This document shows positions 28,258-56,603 of a stretch of DNA of 64,000 nt, in pieces. The first letter of the stretch is position 1. Each line of letters begins with the position of its first letter. The translations under genes and the position numbers were made by a program. Source of the DNA: Chrysomallon squamiferum (taxonomy: Eukaryota > Animalia > Mollusca); contig CM022673.1 in the NCBI GenBank assembly GCA_012295275.1, positions 20,770,001-20,834,000 on the forward strand, read 5' to 3'. The notes beneath the pieces are model-generated. The model searched no databases. It saw nothing but the letters and a program-made list of their open reading frames with translations, and was not told where the DNA came from.

Positions 28258-28833
28258 AGAACATAAAAACTCAACAATAATTAGCTAATAAACTGTAATT
28301 ACATAAATTAATAAATTATTGATAGACTCCACAGAGAACAAACAGGCCTACAGTCTAACATTTAGCTTTTCAGGAAATGAATTGCCATCTAATGATAATG
28401 AAAATATATGAAATACAAATAAAATGACAACTTACCAACATGAAAATACCTCAAGAACCGTTTGAGATACAATGAATATAATAAATTAAGAACGGTTCAG
28501 TGCTAAAATACCACAGATGACAAAAGACATTGTACAAAAAAAATACACTTTGCTTTTCAGAAATGATCAAACTGCTTAGCATTAAAATAAATAACGAAAT
28601 TTTGGTCTGCTTTTCCTTTGTTAAAACAGTTGATGCATACAGATTAATAAGTCAGCTGTATAGTTTACAATCTGTAAATAATGATTTACTCTTGGAACCG
28701 ACACGAATTATTTTCGCTTCCTGGCTATTGGTTCGGTCACCGTGAAAACGAACAAAATTATTTAAGTAATAATTATATTACTTCCATTAAAAAAAAAAAA
28801 AAAAAAAAGAAAAAAAAGAAAAAAAAAAAAAGA

Positions 28834-28872
<39 letters not shown>

Positions 28873-30796
28873 CTATTTATTATTTTCATTATTGTTGTTG
28901 TTATTATTATTATTAGAAAGAAGATATTTCAGTTTCACTCACCACCGATACAGATTCATAGTCAAATGACAGATTGTTCTCAGTTTCCAATGATTTCATT
29001 CTGTTTGTCGTTATTGAAGTTATCTCCATATTAGTTAACATTAACACTTTAGTTAATTTTACAATAAACTTGAACGATTCAATAATGTAATCTTTCAGAT
29101 AACCTGAAGAAACACCTCATTTGTAATCCACTGTAACAATTCCGTATCTTCATAAGAATATAAACTCTGCATATTCATACTGTTTCCCCAACCCACACAG
29201 ATTTGTTGAAACCCAAACAGTCGAAACATCTTAATTCACAGCTACGAACAAGAATATTATCTTCAAGCCGTCAGCTTAATGTTTCTATTTGTTCGTTTAA
29301 ATGTATCAAAATGTACCAAAAAGTTATTTCCTCCGTTACGTCTCCTGACATCTTTATAACATTTATTTCGCCAGCAGTTTTTATGAAGTTGAACTCTTTA
29401 GGTTTGTTTTTAAAGGTGTTTGTAGTTCAGTGTAAGAAAAGACTGGCTTAATTATTTCAAGTCAGGACTGCAGTCTATTGTGAAGCCCATTATTTCTCGT
29501 TCACAGACGTTGGCCATGAAAAGACTTGTAATAATCGACTGTTACGCTGTTCAACAGAGTTGCTAATTTTTTTGTTGTGTACTGATTTGTTTTTTTTTTT
29601 TTTTTTTTTTGATTTTCTATTTATGTCCTTCTTTCCTTCCCTATTTTTTGTTTAGTTTTCCTTTTTTCTTCCATTCCTTTTTCGTCCTTTACTTTTTATT
29701 TCATTCTTTCTTTTCTCCCTTTTTTCTTTCATTATTTCTGCATTATCTTTTTTCTTTCTACTATTCTTTCATTCGTTATTGTTTTCCTTTTCCTATTAAG
29801 ACTGGAGACGAGTTTGTTGTGTATAACTGTCAGCTATATGTTAATATCAACTGATAATTCTGTAATTGCATTTTAATTTATGAGTGTCATTTCTTGTACC
29901 TGAAGTATGTGTGTAATTCATCTCATTTATTGCATTATTATAGTAATTTAAAAATTAAAAAAATTCATTAAACAAATTGTTAAATATTAAATAGGCTTTT
30001 TTTTTTCTTTGTTATTAAATATTTTTCACCCTGATTTGTTTGTATTTTTTTGTTTTGTTATTGTTGTTTGTTTTGTTTTGCTTTGTTTTGTTTTTGTTTC
30101 TCTCTCTCTCTCTCTCTCTCTGGTATATGTGTGTGTGTTATTCTGTTATTATACTAATTACTATAATTATAAATCAATGTATCGTCGTTTGAAGAATATT
30201 TAACGTTATTTAAAACATGATTTTACTCCAAACATTTAAAATAATGTTGTTACGAAACGTGAAATCAAATCTGTTCGATTCTTATACGGATATGCTTCAA
30301 TATATTTTCCTTTCAAGAAAAAGCTCTCGTTTTGGTCAGCTATTTTTTCTTTGCTATTTCTTCTTTTCTTTTCTTTTCTTTTCAATTTATTATTATTATT
30401 ATTATTTTATTTTTTCTTTCTTTCTTTCTTTCTCGCGTGCTTGCTTTTCAATTTTTTATTTATTTATTTATTTTTTTTTTTTTTAAAATAATATCAAATT
30501 TCCTGATAAAGCTGCACTTGAACTGTGAACTGTAGCAGAAACATGTTATCTCCCAGGCAATCACTTTAGTTGTTTCTACTGTCGCATTTTGTTTATCGAA
30601 CAAATTATAGCAATGCACGGCAAGTAATGTACAAACAAACTACAACGTTATACACACTGTCAATGAGGTCAAGGTGCGTTTAGCGATTTTTGCTCTTTTA
30701 AATACATGTTCAAACCTGTAATATCGCGAAACTCCAGTGTGCAGGTGTCAAAACTGACATATCGGATACGAAAACTGAAACAATACACGGGTTAAC

Positions 30797-30872
<76 letters not shown>

Positions 30873-31345
30873 AATGTCAACAATTGATTGTGCATTTAAA
30901 ACGTTACATTTTATATCTCTAAAGGGTTTCTTCTCTTGCATCATCAGTGTACATCAGCTGACTTAAACTTGATCATCAATTCTATGCAGGTATATGAGCA
31001 TTTATACATATATCTGTGTGTGTGTCTGTGTGTATGTTTGTTTGTGTGTGTGTGTTCTTTTACTCATATACCTTTCAAATCCAAAGAAACAGTATACCTG
31101 CCTTAAATATTATTTCTGGAGATAAAGATCAGCTTTGCTGATTTATAGAAAGTACAAACACAGGTCATGGCACTGTTCAAATACATAGCCTTGTTGCCGT
31201 GCCGTTATTCATAAACAAACAAATGAACTAAATATACTCACTGAAATAAACTTTTAAAGTAGGAATTTTGTCGCATATTTATGTGTGTTTTTATTTATTT
31301 ATTATTATTTTTTATTTTTTTATTTTATTTTTTTATAATAATAAT

Positions 31346-31448
<103 letters not shown>

Positions 31449-32159
31449 TAATAGTAGAAATAATATTGGTGAAAATAGTAATTGCAGTAGTTGTTGTAGG
31501 AGCGTAATAGTAATGACTGTAGTAGCGGTAATAGTACTAGTAGTAATAATAGTAGTAGTAGTAATAGTATGTATTAATATTAATAATAATTATGATGATA
31601 ATAATAATGGTAATATTGGTAATTATTTTAAAAGAAAGAAAGAACGTCTCTACATAACTTCTTTCGTTATTAACATTTTTCCTGTATGATATCTATCTAC
31701 CTGTCTGGTTGTCTACCTATCTATCTATCTATATAAAGTATGCTAATGAGAACATGAAAATTAAAATGATGAAAGGAGGAGAAAAAGAAAAGAAAAGTAT
31801 GGGATGTAAGAAGAAAAAAAAATATTGTACGAAAAAAAAAAATAATAATAATAATAAATCAAGCATAAACACGCTATATTCTAACCGCAATTACAAGCAT
31901 AGAGAAAAACTAACGGGCTATGACAGTGCTAATGGCCAGTCTTTGTAACAAAGCTGTGATATATTCTTTTATGGAAAACTACTCACAGCTGAGATCAATG
32001 CATCATTTAAATGTATAATGAACCATTCGGTTACTATTCATTGTTGTTTTATTCCGTTTTTCCTGAGTTCTATCAAGGGTTATTTGATTTACTGGAAAAG
32101 TCATATCATTAATAATTTTAGCATGCACTTGAAAATAAATAAATCAGTTAAGTAAATAT

Positions 32160-32257
<98 letters not shown>

Positions 32258-33383
32258 TAAAATAAAGTAATATAAAATAAAATAAATATTCTTTCTTTTT
32301 TTTATGTTATTTCGGGAAACAGTGTTACCCATAATGATAACCATATGATTATAACCGTGATGGTAAACAGAAGGAAAGACGAAAATAAGAAAAACAATTT
32401 ATATTTCATAATTATATATTTATTTGAAGATTAAAGAAAACCTAAATATAAGCATTGATTCTGTTAAAGTTATATCTCATTTATTTAACGAAAAATATAC
32501 GGAAAAGAGAAAGAACAAAAACCAGATCATGATCGCTATTCATAAGGTAGCAGATGAAATTTTACATATTACATTAACAGTTTTAATATTGGTATTTAAA
32601 AATTCGTTTTATAATTAACAATGCAATATATTTTATTTTTATATGTATATACTTTTACTGTTCTTCTTTTTAAATAAAACTACAAAATATATTAGATAAT
32701 AATTACCTTTTGTTTCTTCATTTTAAATTGATGATACCGTTCCAACCATTCCGGCAGAATTGGGCGTTTTCTGACATTTTTTGTTGCAGACGACGTCTTA
32801 ATGCCGTTAGAAGCCAGCTTAGACTATTATGGAGACAAGTTATATACATCAAACACAATGGTTTCAACCTCTGACACAGAAGTGTATTAACAAAAAGCGG
32901 GTACATACTGAATTCGTTTTGTACTAAAGTTTCTCTCAATCGTGCTATCTGTCAACAGGGCAAAGTTTAAAATCAATAAAGTTGCTTATCCAATAGCTTC
33001 TGAACTTCAGCATTCAAGTTTAGACGAAGCAATATGATAAATACTTGACCCGTATTCAACGGCAAACTGTTATTAGACTTTCTTACTATATTTGCAATAA
33101 AATGGAATAACAAAAAGGGAACAGAAATATACTATAGTAAAAGGAAAAGTAAGCAAACCTGGTCGTATTTTTAACAATGATACTGTAAATGGAAAGACAG
33201 GCAGCTTTGTAGTTAATATCTTTACCTGAATGATTTTGACAGCAGGAAAATTAATTTACAAAATAACCTTTATACAAACTGCCGACTGTAAATCACTACC
33301 TGGAAAAAAAAAGAGAAAATAATAATAAATGAAAAGCATGTTCCGTGTGGGAAAGCGAATCGAAAAAGAGCCATTACTTTTTC

Positions 33384-33442
<59 letters not shown>

Positions 33443-33466
33443 ATACTATTTATAAATAATTTCCTT

Positions 33467-33521
<55 letters not shown>

Positions 33522-34292
33522 TTTTTTTATTTTAAAAATGAGAAACAAAATAGTTTCAAACAGATAAAAGCAAATTTTAAGATCAAATTTATTTTAATGT
33601 GTTTGAATATAACTCTTTTTTAGGATAACACCTTTCTTGTTCGTTGTTATAGAACAGATATTCGCTGCTCTACTTGTAGGGTGGCTATTTCCATATTTCA
33701 AAAAAGAAGGGCATTAACATTTTTTTACCTTTTTATGACTCTCAGTTGTAACCTAAATTATAGAAATTGTATAACATTTAGAGTTGTTGATTTATCAAAT
33801 ATCACTATAATGTAAAGAGGGCTATATTGTTTGTTTTTTTCAAAAATGTCAAGTTTTTAAAACTCGTTGTACTTGCTACATACATTATCATGCATTCATA
33901 CAGCAAAGATAAGAACTATAAGAAGTTAACGTTCATTTTTAAACCTGCGGTAACAACAGGTCCTCCAAATAAGGAAAAATTAACGTCCAGCTTGAGGTGC
34001 ATAGGACGCAGGACACAGTGGTCAAAATCAGGACTGGCCAGCCTATACACTTATAACACTACACAGTTAACATTTTTCATTAATTCATACGCAAAGTAAA
34101 ATATAATAAATATATTTATAAGGGTGAATATCTTTGTGTATGCGTCCGTGCATATATGTATGTATGTCGAAATATCAGATAATTAAATATTATATTTTCC
34201 TTTATTTTAGTATATGACACATAACAGATACTTAAAAATAATCTTTTTTTCATTCTTTCTTTCTTTTTTTAAACTATCTAATTTCTAATCTT

Positions 34293-34357
<65 letters not shown>

Positions 34358-35600
34358 TAAATCTATTTTTTTTTTTTTTACTGCTACTACTATAATACTA
34401 AAACCATATTTTTATTATTCCATTTGAGTTTTAAAAAATGTATGTATATATGTTTTTGTGAATATTTATGTGTGAGAGAGAGTGAATAAATAAGAAAGAG
34501 ATAAATAAAATGAATAAATGAATACACAAAGATACTCGCATAATTATTATATGAATCCAATAATCCATCATTTATGCACATCCGTCCATCTAACCATTTA
34601 ACCATCTGTCTTTCTGACTGTCTATCACCTTGTCTTTCGTCAGTTTATAAATTCTATGTTTCTTTCCTTTTTTGTCAGGCTCTGTCAAGATATATGTTCT
34701 AAAAATTAAAAACTGTACTGATCGTAAACAATAATGAATGTCCAAAGGCTTCTATTTCCACCATACCGTAATGTTATTTAGTAATAGAAATTAATGTAAG
34801 AATAGATTTATGTCTCAGTAAATTATTCAAAAATTGCCGTATCATCTGCCTATCCAAATTTTATACCTCTTAGAACATTTAATGAAATGACGGTCTACTT
34901 CTTATTATATCTTACTGTTAACTTGATTAATAGAATAAATATATTCGTCAGAAACAAATAAAATAATTATTTTAAACAATTCTTGAATTATTATTCGCTG
35001 ATGTTCGATTAAACTGAAGATGCATAATCTGCATTGCCAGTGTCAAGCGTGAAAATTGTTACCAATGTGTTGTTCATGCGTTATTATCAGGAATTGTTTC
35101 GGGTCATGTTGAAATAAAGGGAATTAAGTGGGACAGCAACTTCGGAGTAAGATACAGCTTCTCTGTAACCGGTACCAGCACATAGACTGAATTTCCAAAG
35201 AGAACTGATAATTAACAACAGAACTACAGATATTATTATTATTTTATTTTATTTTATTTTATTTTATTTTTATGTGGGGAATAATTGTTTATTTAGCTTA
35301 TTTTTATTTTTTATTTTTTTTAGTTTGTTGGTTATTGTTTTGTTTTGTTTTTTATATGAGAATTGAGTGTCTGGTCCTTTGCAGAATAATAATTCATTGT
35401 TCTAAACTGAATATTAATGAGAACTATTAGTCAGAAACTAGAGTTAGAAACGTCACCGTATATCATACTCATTTAGCTTAAGTAATTCGTTTGAATAGGA
35501 CTTAACACTCTTAGGCGCGCCTCTAGTGGCCATTGACGCCTAGTTGTGAATCGACTTCCGTTTAATTGGTATTTAGAAGTATTTTGTTAGTTTTATAAGG

Positions 35601-37261
35601 ATGGAAGAGGCATTACTTTGGTCGGTCAAAAATGGAGAACTAGATGAAGTGAAAAAGATCGTAGGCAATCAGGTAGCAGCTTTTAGTTCATCAAAATAAT
35701 ATTAAAAAGTTTTTGTCTACTTTTGTTTAGTGGGGTAAACACCGAATCATGAAATCAGAAATGATGAATGATGAAAACAATTCATACTCAATACTCATAG
35801 ATTAATGTCGTAATGAGTAACGTCATTAAGAATAAGAATCATAAATAATAACGAAACTGACAGTTAGTGTTATTTGAAATTATTTTCATTCAGTTTATTT
35901 TTATTATTAATTTTCGCGAGATCTGTAAAATGGATCTATAGATCCAAAATAGTATTAAGTATATTTAATATTAAATACTAAAAAGTATTATTAATATATT
36001 ATCATTATTCAATTTAATTAATCAGTTTGTTGTCGTTCACACTTCAGATTGTCTTGCTCCCTTCCTTAGTTTCGTTTCTCTTGTGACTTGTCACTTATAT
36101 TAACAGTATTGTGCGTGATAACTAGTGTTTGTTGTATTAGTTACATTTAAAGTTATTTACAAATATCGTATATATTAATAAAATATATTATAACAAATTT
36201 CTGTAAGAGTCTGGATTTAATTATTATCGTAATATATTTATTATATTATTTTTTCAGCCTGATCTCCTTAACAAAGAATTAGCTAGTGGTCGCCTGGCAA
36301 TTCATTATGCTGCAGATTATGGCCAAGCTGATGTTATAGAATACTTACTGTCTAAAGGAGCAAAAGTGAATGTAAGTAAGATAATTCCAGTATTTAAAGT
36401 AAAATTGTTTAAACTTAACTATACTTTACTGGTTACTTTCTTTTAAGAATGCGTCTTAAAATATACAGTCCAGAATTTTAAGTAATATTCATACTGTAGT
36501 AGTATTCACAGTGATTTTTCGAGATATGACAAGAAACAAAATGTTAATAGTAAAATATTATTCACATGTACATACAGGTTCAAGACTGACAATGGCACTA
36601 TGTAACATGTTTTGTGTTTTATGTCCACCTTAATTTTACTGTTATTGTAAATTTATTAATAAGTGTATTTGTTTTATCTTCCTTTTTTTGTCAGATACCA
36701 GATAAGCATGGAATTACTCCTTTGTTAGCAGCCATATATGAAGGTCACACAAAATGTGTCAAAATACTTTTACAGAAGGTAACAGTTCTGCAGCAACTTA
36801 TTAGTTTTCAAATACCACATGATTTAAATTATTAATGAAATTCAGCAAATGCAGTTGTCAGTAATAATATATTAACAATCAGTTTTTCTCATAATTTGAT
36901 AATGTGAAAAATCATTAGATCAGCTTTGGTAACTTGTTATTTTTCTTTTAATTTTTTATATTCTAGAATTATTTCTCTAATTTAAGAACATTTTTTTCTT
37001 CATTCACTAAAAAAGATATATCATTGTTTAAATTCATTAATTAAAGATGTTTTTTCAGTCAGCTTATTATTAATTCTGTTACAGTAAAGATTCCTGTACT
37101 TGAATTTCATTGCATAGAGTATTCTTGGATGATGAAGAATGGTCGTACAATTTAATTTTTTCTCTCTGTTGCAGGGTGCTGATAAGAATGGCAAAGATCC
37201 TTCTGGTCAATCATACTACGACTGTGCAGAAGTACAAGAAATAAAAGATCTCTTGAAATAA
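35601..37261 (+). CDS. mtpn: Myotrophin / V-1 ankyrin-repeat protein (118 aa)
   Basis: Exons 35601-35672, 36258-36371, 36695-36778 and 37175-37261 give [18 protein letters not shown]...[21 protein letters not shown]...[30 protein letters not shown]. Sequence and length match myotrophin. Confidence 0.95.
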
Positions 37262-38812
37262 TTTAATACCAGTGATAAATGTTTCAATGTTCTCGTGTGG
37301 ACATTTTTGATGGAGTTACTATTACAGTCTCGGATTTGTCCAGCATTTGCTCTTCTGACTGCTTGACACCTTGCTGGTTGTTAACGTAATGACGCAACCA
37401 CATGTGATAATTGAAACAGCTAGATCAGATGGTGTAACTTTTAGAAGATGAAAGGAAATTGAATATTATTTATTTATTACTTTAATCTTGATTTTTTTTC
37501 TTGTATCTTTTTTTCTTTTCTTTTTCAAAAGAATTGTACTGTATGTTTCCGCAATATAAAAAGGGCATCATTTAAGCTAATTTTCTTCTCTTTTTTCTTT
37601 CCCATAACTTTTTAAAACTCAAATTTCATTTTCCGAAATTATTTTATTGTAATGTATACAAGTACTTTAATTCAAATCTGTGAATTAACTCATTCTTTTC
37701 TTTTTTTAATTTATAGTTTATTTACAAATGACAAATCATGGACAATTTGTGCACTGGACGTAAATATATTTGTACATTAACCTGAGTACAGTATTTTAGA
37801 AGGTTTTTCTTTTTTAAAATAAAAGCTCACCTTTTTGTAAAAAGGATGTGAAAAGATGAGCAAAATATTCATTTTTTTGCTTATATTTACCCATACTATA
37901 TTTTCTTTAATGCTTACAGAATATTTGAGATATTTATATTTTAAATTTTTATAATAATTAAAAACCCCAAAACAGCTGTGATTAGATTTTGATATCTTTT
38001 AATTTCTTAAACAGTCTCATCAACTGTGACTAATTTATTTTCATGTTAAAGTTCAAAATAATTAAACAAAATATCTAAGCTTTTATAAGAAGAAAAAGAA
38101 TATGATAATAGAAACAGAAGTCTAACTGATATATAAAAAAAAATATTTTACTGAGTTTGTTGAATTTATTTTTATTAATGTAGTATGATTTCAATTGATT
38201 CATGACTTCTGCCTATTCATTCATCAGTATTTAATCTTTAGAGAGTCCTTTACTTTTTTATACATGCACTGTACTTACTGATAAAGATATTTCTAATTTG
38301 TATTTCAGGTTGTGTTGAGATCATAAAAATGACCTTTTCTTGATGATAATTGATATTCAGTTTTTGTATTCTTATGCTTTACTGCTTATTGCTTCAGTTG
38401 TGATTTTTCTGTTAGAATCTGTCTGTCTGTCTCTGTATCTGTCTATCTATCTATACATAGTTGTTTTATTCTTTATATACAAAAATTAATGAGAAAACAA
38501 AAAAAGGAAATGGATAAACAAAGATATTTATTGTTAATAACAGTGTAAACAAGTGTATACTTTGTGAAAAAAAAAAACAGTTTTAAATAAATAGTTTTAA
38601 AGTCTCTCATGGCTACACAGGCAGTCTAAGTTGCCTGACATCATGCTAAAAAAAATACATATTTATTACTGTTACAGTCTCAATTCATTCAGTTTTTCAC
38701 AAGCCCAGAAAATCTGAAAGCAATCAAAAACGAAATGCATTTTTGATGATTTGTTTCAACAAACAACATACAAAAATGAGCTGCATTAAAAGTTTACTTG
38801 GTGTATAGTTTT

Positions 38813-38846
<34 letters not shown>

Positions 38847-41800
38847 AGAAACATACAATGTGCCATAAGAGACTAAATCAGAAATGTTTACATTAGAACA
38901 GGTATCCATTTTGAGTTTAAAATATTAATGCTAAATCTGTAGCATTAGTTTTTTTTTTTTTTTTTTTTGTGTGGACACCCTCTCCAACATAACTGTCATT
39001 TGGTTTACATAATGTGGGAAGCCACTTTTAAAATGTCAACATGCATATTCTCTTTTTTTAAATTTGTTTAGTAGACAGTTGAAATCAATGGTGCCTGAGA
39101 GCTGTATAGTATGTATGGACATGGAGTAGTGATGGATGTGTTGACAAAAACAACAAAAAACAACAGTTCTACCAGTCATGAATTGTCTGGTATTATTTTA
39201 TACATTGTTCATTAAGTACATTAAATAAAGATGTTATAATTATGTAAATATGATACTGAAAGGTATCATTTTTATTTAGAGCAGACCTCCTTATACGCAA
39301 TTACCTGAATATGATTTACTTTTAGTGCTTTATTTCTTGTTTTGATATATTATTGAATATTATTAAATTCTTGTTACATATCTTTTTGTTTTATAGGCCT
39401 TTTTTTTTTTTGTTATTTAAATAAATTCATTTTCATTTTGATAAAATTATGTGCTAGTATATATATCTTTTAGTATGTCTCTCTTTATCAGCCATTCCTG
39501 TTTTGTAATTAAAAATTGTCATGTTAAAAAAAATTTAACTTATTATTTCTTTTGAACTCTAAAGCTGTATTTTTTATATTTTTTCCTTTATTTAAATGAT
39601 AACACATGCCTCATATATTGAATCATTGATAATCTAGATACATTTTTTTTTAAACCATATATTTTTTTAACTTTTCTTAAAGATGAAAATAAAAATGAAA
39701 GTTTTCTTCTCATGTCAACTCATGTTGCTTGGTAATAAATAGTATTTTAAATGTATATTCAAGAGCTCTTTTCCTGCATTAGCTAATGTATTCTTCTATT
39801 GTTTTAAATGTAGTTGGATTATTTTGTCCTACATTTCAAACAATAACATCACAGTGAATCACAGGTTAATTTTATATGTTATATTGGCTGTATGTGCTTA
39901 CTGAATGAATAAAATTTAGTATTCACTCTAAATGTCTAACAGTAAAAATAATTAAGATCTTAATGTGTAAGTAGATTTAAAGATAAATACAAGTAAATAG
40001 AGCACATTTTGGATATTGATTTTGAATGTAATTGGAAGATAAAAGTGGTTAGCAAATAAAGATGAATAGGAGAAATAAATTTTACTTTTTAGTTATGTAA
40101 AAACTTTGAGATTTAGTCTTTTTATACCAGCTTCAGATTTAAATATTTAAAAAAATGTATTAAGACTGCTAGAAAGAAATTTAATTTTGCTTATATAAAT
40201 AAAAACTGAATTAAAACAACTCAAGTATAACATTTTATTGTATCCAGTCAAAATAACTGGTATGTAATAAAAAAATTAATTTCAGAGTGATTCTGTATCC
40301 TGGGGCCAGAAAATATATTTTTGTACTAAATATTTCTGAAACATATTTCCTAATACCAGCCAAACTAATTTTTGTTTTTGTTTTTCTATCAAAGTATCCA
40401 AAAAGAAATTTGTTTAGATGTGCATTTACTGATTTAGAATTTTTATTATAATTATGGACCAGTATATTTTAAATACAGTACAAAATACTTGCCACTGAAT
40501 TCTCAGCAATATCTCAATATTATTTAAGAAAAAATGAATATGCATATTAGAACCTTAAGTATGTCTTCATTGAATCATGTTTTTCATTTATGAGAAAGAA
40601 AACACTGGAACTGATTTTATGTATTTTTGTTTCTGGAAAGTCTGTAGGATTTTGGTTTATGTTGTTATGTCAGTGTAGAAATTATAGGGTCCATTTAGTT
40701 AACTAAAGTAATGTTTTTATAACATCAAAGCAACAGCTGCTATTTATAAATTAATTGTCCTGTTTGTTCCTTGTAATCATTGTCTGAATATTGTACCATT
40801 TCTGACTTTGTACTGTAATATTTTGATTAAAATGAGAAAATTAACAAAATGTTAATTAAAAAGTCTTAATGTTCTAGTTGATGGCTGTCTATTTTGACTG
40901 ATAAATAAGCTATAATGCTAGTATAATCATTTTCATTTTAGTTTTTTTTTTGTTATTTTTTTTTTTTCACCAGTCTTTCACAAATGGTTTATTTGTGTGT
41001 GTCTGGCAGTGCTGTGAAGTAGTAAGTTGTTTGTTGCATGGAATGACATTGTATACATTTTTTTACAGCTGATGAAAAATTTCATATATAATAATGCATT
41101 TCCTGTTGTAAGAAAATAGTGGTGCTTGCAGTTTCAGTAAATATGTCAAGACAGAATTTATTATGTTATGCTGTCACACATGACAGTATATTCTGTGACT
41201 GAAGTTGTTAAAATTCCCATGTCTGTAAAAACAAGATTATTAAAATCTGCTGCTGATTCAAATTAAGTATTTAAATTTTGTTCATATTTTAAAAAAATGT
41301 ACAATAATGATTCTAACATCACAGTTCGGACGTACTAAATATAAATTGAGTAAATTTGTTACAAAAATGCATTAAAACTCACTTTGTAGCTTTTTTGCTT
41401 CATGTCACTAGCTAATTTGTTGTGAAATCAGCATTGTTGATTATAGGGGAAAAAGAAATTAAAATAAAATGAGAAATTCTTAATGGTATTGTCGTTTGTC
41501 TTATCTACCCATTACTTTTCAAAATATTAGGACGTTTTTCACAATAGTAGTTCTTAAAACATAATTGGCCTGAATACATTGTTAATAAATCAGGAGTAAT
41601 GCAGACTATGTATAGTCTTATCCCACAGTTTTAATTTTGGTTTTCTTACGACAAAACAAAGGTAAGAAATCTTACACTTCTGGAATGCTTTTTAATTTGT
41701 TGCAGTACTTTGTTACTTAAACAGTAATTTAAACATTCATTTGTCCAGTGTATTTAATTCCTTTTTAAGAGTAAATGCATAACAAGTGGGTAAAGATGAT

Positions 41801-42210
41801 ATCAAATATTTTTTCTTATCTAATTATTCCATTAGTTTACTACTGTATAAAATGTCTACATTTTGAACGATTCAAAATCAGATAATCGTTTCTAACACCC
41901 TACAATTTAAGCACAGGCTAGAGAGTCAATGGTGTAACTATTAAGTGACTTTTCAGGATAAATGCATCTTAAGACTGGTTTGACCCACTCTATCTATCCA
42001 AAATTATTTCCTTTCATATGCAGCGTTTATATTTTTCTCTGGTCTTTCAATGCCGTCATTGATTGTAGAGAACAGCTTAATTTATTTAATGTGTAAGACA
42101 ATACTCAAGCCATTAGTTGTACTAGCCAATGTGGCAATTTGTAATAAAAACAAAAAGACAACTTCAGAAAGTCCAGATAGTATTTTTTTTTATTAATGGT
42201 CGTACAAGAT

Positions 42211-49201
<6,991 letters not shown>

Positions 49202-49320
49202 TCTGGAAGTGACAAAGGTAAAAAAAATAAATGAATATTAGTATTTACACGTATTACAAATTACAGCTCTAAAATGTATTTAATTAACATAAACCTGGTA
49301 AACAAAACCACAACACTTAC

Positions 49321-49360
49321 TTGTGTACACGAGACTACCAACCCTTGCAAGAAAAGGAAG
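49321..49360 (-). promoter_or_regulatory. rps16: rps16 non-coding exon 1 with 5' terminal oligopyrimidine (TOP/TCT) tract
   Basis: The minus strand reads CTTCCTTTTCTTGC...ACACAA|gtaagt and splices to cag|AATG at 49202. A pyrimidine-tract start is typical of ribosomal protein genes. An Ets-like ACTTCCG lies at 49375-49381. Confidence 0.75.
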
Positions 49361-50952
49361 TGAGAAGGGGTTCTACTTCCGTTCTAGGAAATTTAGTCTC
49401 TAAATAAATTATTTTAGATTTCAGATATCAAATAGATCGATTAATATTTCAGATACTAAAAAGATCGATTAATAGTTCAGAAATAATAAACAATTTCTTA
49501 TAAACAAAAATAATGTTTATTCATTTATACTGCTTTAAAACGTTTGTAAGGATTGGTTAAAGGTTAATGTTCGATTATTATAAACGTAAAACGGTCGCAG
49601 AAGTGGTTGTCTTAGAAACCGTTAGTCCTTTCCCTCCCAGATTGAAAGTATCGTCTGCATAAGAGGTTTTCAAACATCTTTTTCCCTACATCTAGGAGGA
49701 AATATTTCCTTAATGCGTACCCATTTTCAAACATGAAAAAAAAAAAAAAAAAAAAGTGAAACTGACATGGACCGATGATTTTTTTTAAAATAAAAATGGC
49801 GAAACTCATTGTTTGCATACATAATAGTACGTGTTTTAGAAGTTGAATGCGTTTTGTTATATCAAAAAAGAGTGAAAATTTTATTTTTAATAAATTGTTT
49901 TAGATGGCCTGTTGATTGGCGGATCGTTAATTTTTTTTTTTTTTTTTTTTTAAATGTATAACTGATTCAAGCGTTATAATGAATGTATCATGGCAATATC
50001 AGTTTGCTTTTTACATGTAAATACGACCTCTAATGACTAATCAGTCTAATGCATTGAAAAATGGAAACATTTTTCAGAACTTTTTATGATTTACACTGAT
50101 AAAGTTAAGGATGGTTGTTCATATTACCAAACCAAGATGTCACGCGCCTTTTCTAACTACTTTTTCAACTTGATCAAACTTTTCAAACTGGATTATTTTA
50201 TTTTTTTTGTACATGGGTGCATAATAAACTGAAATTATAATGCGGAATAAGATTAATATATTAACTTTTGTAGTTGTCAGTGTTCCCCTCTCAGAATCCA
50301 GCAGAAAAGAACATTTAGGGATTGTTTGTACTCATTAAAACGGCGAAACTTCTTGAGGCTTTTCTTTTCGTGACGTAATTTGTGCCGTTATGAGTTATTG
50401 TTCCTGTTGGTCCAGTTCAGTGAATGCTTAAAAATATAATGCAAAATTAAATATAAGGAAACTGGTTAGGTGGGTTTTTTTGTGTGTGTGTGTGTGGGGG
50501 TTGTGTGTTTTTTTGTTTTTTTTTTTTTTTTTTTTTTTGCATTCACTTTTTAAATTTATTATTGTTTTGAGGTGCGAATAGCATGATTAACATTTTTTAA
50601 TATTACAATTTTTAATTCTTTTTTCTTCCTTTCTTTTTAAATTGAAGTAACCAGCATTACTGAATTTTGTTCACGTAAGCTTAGTGACTATGGATCCCCA
50701 AAGGATAAGCGTACTACTGTACAACAAAATATACAAAGCGAGCATATGACCCACAATCAGCTATTTAACGTATTTTCTTTAAACCTGATTTTATATGAGA
50801 TGGTATGAGTTACTATGATTTGTTATTTATATTTTCCTTTAAGGGTCCTCTACGTGACCAAGTAGGTCCCGAATGTCCCTTACAGTTTTCAGATTAAAGA
50901 ACCAGTCTAAATAAACGCGGTAATTTTAAGCGCCTACTTCAGTGTCATAAGC

Positions 50953-56603
<5,651 letters not shown>

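Noticed and set aside
49580-49756. GC-richer segment ending in poly(A) between rps16 and tyms, as a retrocopy or ncRNA
   Set aside because: No TSD, Pol III boxes or known RNA motif were recognised, and poly(A) runs are common throughout the window.
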